Assembly: GCA_951406725.2 (NCBI GenBank)
Contig: OX597830.1
Location: 50,468,001-50,532,000, forward strand
Origin: Octopus vulgaris
Taxonomy: Eukaryota
Length of the DNA stretch: 64,000 bases
Reading direction: 5' to 3'
A program made the translations under genes and the position numbers. Each line of letters starts with the position of its first letter. Within the stretch, counting starts at the first letter, position 1. The notes under the pieces are model-generated. The model saw only the letters and a program-made list of their open reading frames with translations, had not been told where the DNA came from and ran no database searches. Positions 57,008 through 64,000 of the stretch are shown here, piece after piece.

Positions 57008-57420
57008 TTATTTCTTTATTGCCCACAAGGGGTTAAACATAGAGGGGACAAATAGGGACACATAAAGGGATTAAGTCGATTACATCGACCCTAGTGCGTA
57101 ACTGGTACTTAATTTATCGACCCCGAAATGATGAATGGCAAAGTCGGCCTCGACGGAATTTGAACTCAGAACGTAACGGCAGACGAAATACCTATTTCTT
57201 TATTACCCACAAGGGGCTAAACACAGAGAGGGCCAAAAAGGACAGACAAACGGATTAAGTCGATTATATAGACCCCAGGGCGTAACTGATACTTAATTTT
57301 ATCGACCCCGAAAGGATGAAAGGCAAAGTCGGCGGAAATTGAACTCAGAACGTAACGGCAGACGAAATACCGCAAAGCATTTTGCCCGGCGCGCTAACGT
57401 CTCTGCCAGCTCGCCGCCTT
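57008..57420 (-). mobile_element. Dimeric SINE family A within one 16-bp TSD
   Basis: Perfect TSD TTACGAAGGCCATTTC at 56992-57007 and 57421-57436; one head and two bodies joined near 57190. Confidence 0.9.
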
Positions 57421-57982
57421 TTACGAAGGCCATTTCCATTCGCGGTTCCTGCTTTCGATGTATGCCATGTCAAATGAAAGACTAAACTCTCTTGTTTACA
57501 TCGCTGCCAGCAACACGGTTCTCATGTTGATATATTTTATCAGATTATCAGTTTTCAAACATGAAGTCTTGCCAAAAATTGATACGAGGTCATTGGCTGA
57601 TGAGCAGAGGTCAAACTGGTGTACTCGCTCTTACCAAATATAACCGCTTCCTAACACATTCAGTTTGTTCTTTTGTCTATATGTGCATCTGTAAATATAT
57701 ATGTATGTGCGCGTGTGTGTGTGTGTATGTGTAGTTTTGTAATTATGCCTGTGTGTGGCTGTAGGTAAGCGTGTATATGTGAGTGTGTGTATGCTGTTAC
57801 GTGTTAATGTGTGTAGGAGTGTATGTGACTCTATATACACAAACCTATATATCTGTATGTACGTATAACTGTCTCCCTGCCAGTTTGTACATATAAATAT
57901 ATGCATGTGTCTGTGCACAAAGTTGTATATGAGTGTTTAAGTGTGATGCGTGCGCGCGCGCGTGTACATACACACAGATATA

Positions 57983-58025
<43 letters not shown>

Positions 58026-58260
58026 AATTATATATACAGATGAGAGTGGATACACTACCCTATGCACACACAAGTATATATAGATGTATATATACATAAA
58101 TATATAAATATTAAGGTGTATGCATATATATATATATACATACATGCATAGATATATGTATATATATGTATATACACACATATATATCCATCTATCTATC
58201 TATCTATGTACATATATATATATATATATATATATAAATATATATATGACAGCAGGTATG

Positions 58261-58299
58261 TATTATCATTAGTATTATTGTTATTATTATTATCATTAC

Positions 58300-58377
<78 letters not shown>

Positions 58378-58410
58378 TATCATCATCATTATTATTATTA
58401 TTATCATTAC

Positions 58411-58446
<36 letters not shown>

Positions 58447-58610
58447 CATCATCATCATCATCATCATATCATTATTATTATTATTATTATTATCATCATC
58501 ATCATCATCATCATCATTATCATCATCATCATTATTATTATTATTATCATTATCATTATTATTAGTAGTAGTAGTAGTAGTAGTAGTATCATCATCATCA
58601 TCATCATCCT

Positions 58611-58642
<32 letters not shown>

Positions 58643-58685
58643 CCATCATCATTATTATTATTAGTATTATTATTACTATTATTAT
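58261..58685. repeat. (ATT)n/(ATC)n compound microsatellite
   Basis: Direct inspection. Confidence 0.95.
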
Positions 58686-58805
58686 TTATAATCAATTTCT
58701 AAGTTTGCAGTAAATAACAAAAACAAACAAAATCAATATGAAAGTAACTATTGATTTATTATAGGAGCGGAACACAAGTGTATGGTAGTAAATAGCGAGT
58801 GGTCA

Positions 58806-59224
58806 TGACAATGATGATGATGATGTTGTTGGTGATGAGGATGTGGTGATCTTCACGATGGCAGAGACGATATGGGGATGTTGATGTTGCGTTCATGATG
58901 ACATCGAAGTCCTCGAGGACGACGACGACGAAGACGAAGACGAGGTCAATGATGATGATGATGATAGTGGCGATGATGATGATTGCAATGACGGGGATAC
59001 GATGATGCAGTGATAAAGATAATGATGAAGAATTTGATGTTGATGATGACGACGACGACGATGACGACGGCAATGGAGATGATGATGATGATGCGGATGA
59101 GGATGATGAGAATGATGAGGATGATGATGGTGATGATGAAGATGATGCTGATAATGACGACAAAGTCTATGACGACGGCGATGATGACGACAATGACGAC
59201 GTAGGAGGCGGTTATGACAATGGC

Positions 59225-59287
<63 letters not shown>

Positions 59288-59306
59288 GATGATGACGACG
59301 ACGATA

Positions 59307-59352
<46 letters not shown>

Positions 59353-59626
59353 CGATGATGGTGATGATGAAGATGATGCTGATAATGACGACAAAGTCTA
59401 TGACGACGGCGATGATGACGACAATGACGACGTAGGAGGCGCTTATGACAATGACGATGATGATGATGATGATGATGGTGATGATGGTGATGATGATGAT
59501 GATGTCGATGACGATGATGATGATGATGATGATGATGATTTTGATGATGATGACGACGATGATGATGATGGTGTTGATGATGGTGCTGCTGCTGCTGCTG
59601 CTGATGATGATGAAGATGATGATGAT
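58806..59626. repeat. Degenerate (GAT/GAC)n tract with internal duplication
   Basis: About 59123-59210 is repeated at about 59354-59441. Confidence 0.9.
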
Positions 59627-60156
59627 ACCAGCTTGTACCACACAGACTGGTGTGTCACAATGGAATTCGGGACCGCATCCCCGGCAGAAATGGAATAAAA
59701 GGAATTACAATCCTCCTCTAGAATTGTTGAATTAAAAACAATTTCACAACAGCAGCGTCACAACACGAAAACAATGTTGCATTAGCATGAACAACATGGA
59801 AACGGGTCTGACAAAGTGTTTCTCGACAGGAAACCATGTTTAACATTGTTTTCTTGATTCGTGGTTCTGAGATTTACATTCGAGAGAAATATTTTGTCGG
59901 TGTGATAATGTAAAAGAGACTTAGAGTGACCAGGTCATAGATGTAGTCTGCGGTCTGGTGGCAATTGAATATAAGCAGATACAATAGAGTGTCAGTGACC
60001 AGATCGTAGGGGTACACCATAAGATAGGCGGTTTATAAGAACTGGGCAAAGGTCATCTTCGGTCAAACATTTTCTGCAATAGTTTCAGTTCGGCTTAACT
60101 AGTGTTTTGATAATAGAATTAATTAGTACATGAGAACTAGGGAACTGCAGAAATAA

Positions 60157-60230
<74 letters not shown>

Positions 60231-60270
60231 AATAAATGAAAGAATGGAGTTGAACGACGAATTAACGAAA

Positions 60271-60369
60271 TTCCTTTATTCTCGACATATGTTTCGAAGG
60301 TTGCAAATTCTTAATTTCGAAGGAATAAAGGGTGCATTATGCCGCCTTCTCATCAGGAAAAACAAGGAA
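60271..60369 (-). ncRNA. Type I hammerhead ribozyme (mirror copy)
   Basis: Exact reverse complement of 60426-60524. Confidence 0.85.
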
Positions 60370-60425
60370 CTTATGTCAGCATCAAGATGAACAAAAATTT
60401 TTGTTCATCTTGATGCTGACATAAG

Positions 60426-60524
60426 TTCCTTGTTTTTCCTGATGAGAAGGCGGCATAATGCACCCTTTATTCCTTCGAAATTAAGAATTTGCAACCTTCG
60501 AAACATATGTCGAGAATAAAGGAA
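60426..60524 (+). ncRNA. Type I hammerhead ribozyme with canonical core, predicted cleavage after GUC at 60511
   Basis: Stem I TTCCTTGTTTTTC/GAGAATAAAGGAA (11/13 pairs); CTGATGA 60439-60445; stem II GAAGG/CCTTC; GAAA 60500-60503; palindromic stem III ACATATGT. Confidence 0.85.
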
Positions 60525-60715
60525 TTTCGTTAATTCGTCGTTCAACTCCATTCTTTCATTTATTTGTATAAAAAAACACACAAATTTCCACACGAAAGCA
60601 CGTGATCTCTGCCCTTGGCATGTAGCTTCAACCGTATTTTTCTGACGTGAATTTGCTACCCAGGTATCGGTTAACCGAATTATCCATAATAAGATAATTC
60701 ATTCAACTACTCAAA

Positions 60716-60768
<53 letters not shown>

Positions 60769-60837
60769 TTATATTTACACAAACAGATGTACTTATATAT
60801 ACATACATATACATATACACAAATATGTATGTGTATA

Positions 60838-60954
<117 letters not shown>

Positions 60955-61719
60955 TTGTCTGAGAGAGTCATTTTCTTTTAGTGCCTTATTACTTAACACA
61001 CACACACACACACACGCCCACATACTTTATTATCAAAGCTGCAAAAACATCAAAAAGTTATCACAAAAATCGGAGTTGAATAAAAAATCAGTTATAAAAT
61101 TAAATCTAAAGTACTAAAAACGCTAATATGAGTAAAGTTTTACATGGAATAAGGCAAAACCGAGTTCGGCGAAATTTGAATCAGAACTTAGCTACATCTC
61201 TAACCGCTTTGTCCTGTTCGCTAAGGTTCTCTGAGCATCGCTGCCGTATGAACAATAACGATAATAAAAATGATAAATAAATGGGATAATAGTAAAATAA
61301 TTAAGTAATCGAAATAAAAAGATAAAATAAAACAAGAAAAAATAACTAAAAAATATATAACAAAAAAAAAAAACGATTCGGATATTAGATATCTTTAATA
61401 CACATTTTGGTCGATGGTAGAAGCTCTCTTTAATGTGTGCATTAAAAATCAATGTTCAAAGGTTTTATGGGCGAAGTTACGATGTAAAAATACTTTCATT
61501 TTGTTTATAAAATGTGTGTTTAAGAGTAAAATTTACATTAATATAATGAATATGAACATAAAAATATAAAGGTAAATAGTTTGTATCCGGTCGAAGGTTT
61601 TCTCGGAAGGTGAAAATGTAAAATGAATGTTATACAAAGTGGTGCCGGTTTAAAATGACAACAAAAAAAAAAAACAACCTGAAATTGCGAAATCAATGTT
61701 ACCCCTATGGTATTTTTCG

Positions 61720-62398
61720 CTCGATATTTTATAATTCCCGGCGAGTCCGCAGGAATTTAAAAGTTCTAACCTTCGGTCCAGAGCGTATTTATCCTGGAAA
61801 AGAATGACAATTTTTCAGTCAGGTACAAATTTGACCTCATTGGGCTTCTATGCACTCCATGTTTATATGGTGCTGCATTCTTCAAGATTTCTCAGTAGAT
61901 TTTGGAAGGACGTGTATCAGATTCTTTCAACTGCCAGACATGCTTGGCGAGATCCGTTGCTGTCCTATTTTCATAGTATCGAAATCAATTTCAATGAGAA
62001 TACAGCTTTGTCTCGAAGAAATTTTTCGTGGCCCTTGTATATGTTTTGTATGTTTGTGAGCCATCGTTTTGCACCTTAGCTGTATATACTATTCCTTTCT
62101 CTAGACAATTTCATCCCAGTGGACAACAGCTATGGTCTTTACAATTACAATTTTTCTTCTTAATTCCGGCACTGTAGTTATTTCTAATAGTTTTCGCAGA
62201 GGGCTGGTTAATTAAAGAAGTGAAGTTCTTGCAACAAGAACAGCTAATCTTCAGCGTTCTCCTATTAAAAATTCTATGGAACTTATGATCTACTTGAAAG
62301 TGCTTAGAAACTAGTTTCAAGAATTCCCTACCAATATTAGTTTTTACGGCTATGTTAAATGTCGGATTGAACCACATGTATTTATCATGTTGAGTCAA
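61720..62398 (-). pseudogene. Penelope-like retroelement C-terminal GIY-YIG endonuclease region, decayed
   Basis: WFNPTFNIAVKTNIGREFLKLVSKHF...IFNRRTLKISCSC...CNCKDHSCCPLG*NCLEKGIVYTAKV...ATDLAKHVWQLK...AAPYK...LTEK/...LDRRLELLNSC, with stops and a frameshift. Confidence 0.88.
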
Positions 62399-62573
62399 AT
62401 GTTATTTGGATTTCCACCGATGATCTTTGACAACTTGTATCTTTATGTTATATAATTAAGTTGATACATCGTGTTGAATGAATATTTTATTATTTAATTC
62501 CAGATACAACACATAAACTTAACCTAAACGTTAATTGTTTATACTTTATTTTGTAGCTTTGATAATCAGTAAA

Positions 62574-63181
62574 ATGACCAATTTTACGCTACTTGTGGGA
62601 GAAAAGACTAAGTGCAAGGACAGCAGCAAGAGAAATTAATGATGTGGAATTCCCAGGAACTTTCAACGAATGTGTGGCACAAACATGGTTGAGACCTATC
62701 AAGGAAGGTGACGCCAGACTTGGTGACAAACCAGGGTTAGGGAGACCTCGCGTTAGGGAAGATGACGCTTTGGTCGAACTACAGTCAAGCACTAGCATTC
62801 ATACATTATCAGCAGAACTTGGTCCATCTCAAAGCACCATCAGTCGGCACCTCCATAAGCTTGGCCTTCTGAACAGATGCTGTTGCGAAGTTCTTCATGA
62901 ACTAGCCAATGACCAAGCTCAATGACGTGGGATTTTTTGCAAACAACATCGTGGCATTCTTTGTTGGCATATGAAGCTTCACCGTTTCTACAGTCCAGAC
63001 GTTGCACCATCAGATTACCAACTTTTCCGAATCATGACTCCTTTCTTGGAAGGACTTAGGATCAACAATGAGGATAAGATTGAAAGCGTGTGCCTGGAGC
63101 CTAATGATATAAGAGTGGAATTGAACTTCTGACACACAGATGGCAACAATAGAATATGATGGGATATAATTTAATGAATAA
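62574..63181 (+). pseudogene. Mariner transposase pseudogene with large internal deletion
   Basis: HTH region (TAAREIN, DKPGLGRP, LSAELG.SQSTISRHLHKLG), EVLHEL (WVPHEL motif), YSPDVAPSDYQLF from 62989, and GIELLTHRWQ near the end. Confidence 0.9.
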
Positions 63182-63311
63182 ATGATTTGGCTGTCTGGTA
63201 TACCTTTACCCTATGTGTTCAAACATACATACATACGTACATCAAGACATATATAAGTGTGTGTATATATATATTAGTATATATACATATATATCTGTAT
63301 ATATATGTTTG

Positions 63312-63364
<53 letters not shown>

Positions 63365-63589
63365 GATATAATATATATTACACATAATATAGTGAAAGAA
63401 GTTAGGGTAACTTTCAACCGTTTCTTCTTCAAGCACATGACGATGTTCCTTATTACAATTCAGTACGTAGTCTCAGTTGTTGCTGTATGTTAGTCAACAT
63501 ACATATTGAAATTGAGACGTATGGAAATATGATTTGCTGATTTATTTTATAACAAAACAGGAAAATGGGATGTTCTTTGATATTATTTA

Positions 63590-63692
63590 TTCTTCATTAC
63601 ATATGTTTCGTTTGCTAATAGGAAGTACAAAGTTTTATCTGTTCGATAGATATATAAGGAATTTCCTATTAGAAGTCCTTCAGGCAGAAAAG
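63590..63692 (-). ncRNA. Type I hammerhead relic
   Basis: Minus strand CTGAAGGA...CTAATAGGAA/TTCCTATTAG stem...GAAACATATGTA; core and stem I degenerate. Confidence 0.45.
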
Positions 63693-63899
63693 AGGTTTCT
63701 TAATGTTTATCTTACTTGCGCTCAGGACTTACAATAGCTGAAGACGTGCACTAATCATCGAATTGTTGAAACAGAAACTTAAAGTTCCAAGTGTAAGTCC
63801 CCATTACTATATCATTCAATGAATATACTCTTCTATTTCCGATGAAATTGAGGTCTACCTCTCGTGTCGTCACTCGAGATTTGTCGATATATATGCGTG

Positions 63900-63992
<93 letters not shown>

Positions 63993-64000
63993 GTATGTAT

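Larger units (their letters stand above)
60225..60718. mobile_element. PLE-terminus-derived element: perfect 346-bp palindrome plus ~150-bp tail, flanked by (TA)n
   Basis: 60225-60397 is the exact reverse complement of 60398-60570; tail homologous to about 957-1050. Confidence 0.85.

Noticed and set aside
57598-57640. CTGATGAG followed by a GAGC/GCTC stem
   Set aside because: No GAAA or stem III downstream.
62111-62113. In-frame TGA in the PLE ORF as possible selenocysteine (reported for some Naiad PLEs)
   Set aside because: It falls at a non-Cys position in CPLG*NCL, and further stops plus a frameshift indicate decay.
63738-63790. CTGAAGA...GAAACTTAAAGTT on the plus strand
   Set aside because: Stems I and II do not pair.

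Overview
Eukaryotic, very AT-rich and microsatellite-saturated intergenic or intronic DNA. The repeat landscape (tRNA-derived SINE families, dense TA/CA/TATC/AAT tracts) suggests an octopod cephalopod such as Octopus; this is an inference. No intact host protein-coding gene can be supported, and nearly all listed ORFs are microsatellite translations. Recognisable content: a decayed Tc1 (DD34E) transposon with IR/DR-type long TIRs cut by a 100-N gap, a deleted mariner, 3' fragments of a Dong/R4-type LINE in (AAT)n and a Tx1/L1-type LINE in (TATC)n, Penelope-like element (PLE) coding remnants, non-autonomous Helitrons, a hAT-like MITE, about 25 SINE copies (several with TSDs) and a tRNA-Met-like pseudogene. 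The main hidden signal is ten type-I hammerhead ribozyme (HHR) motifs or relics at eight loci, each with a short self-complementary stem III. They are carried by small PLE-terminus-like elements, mostly in or beside (TA)n, and often form fold-back palindromes. The best case is a perfect, spacer-less 346-bp palindrome (60225-60570) with a canonical HHR on each strand. All RNA structures were folded by eye.
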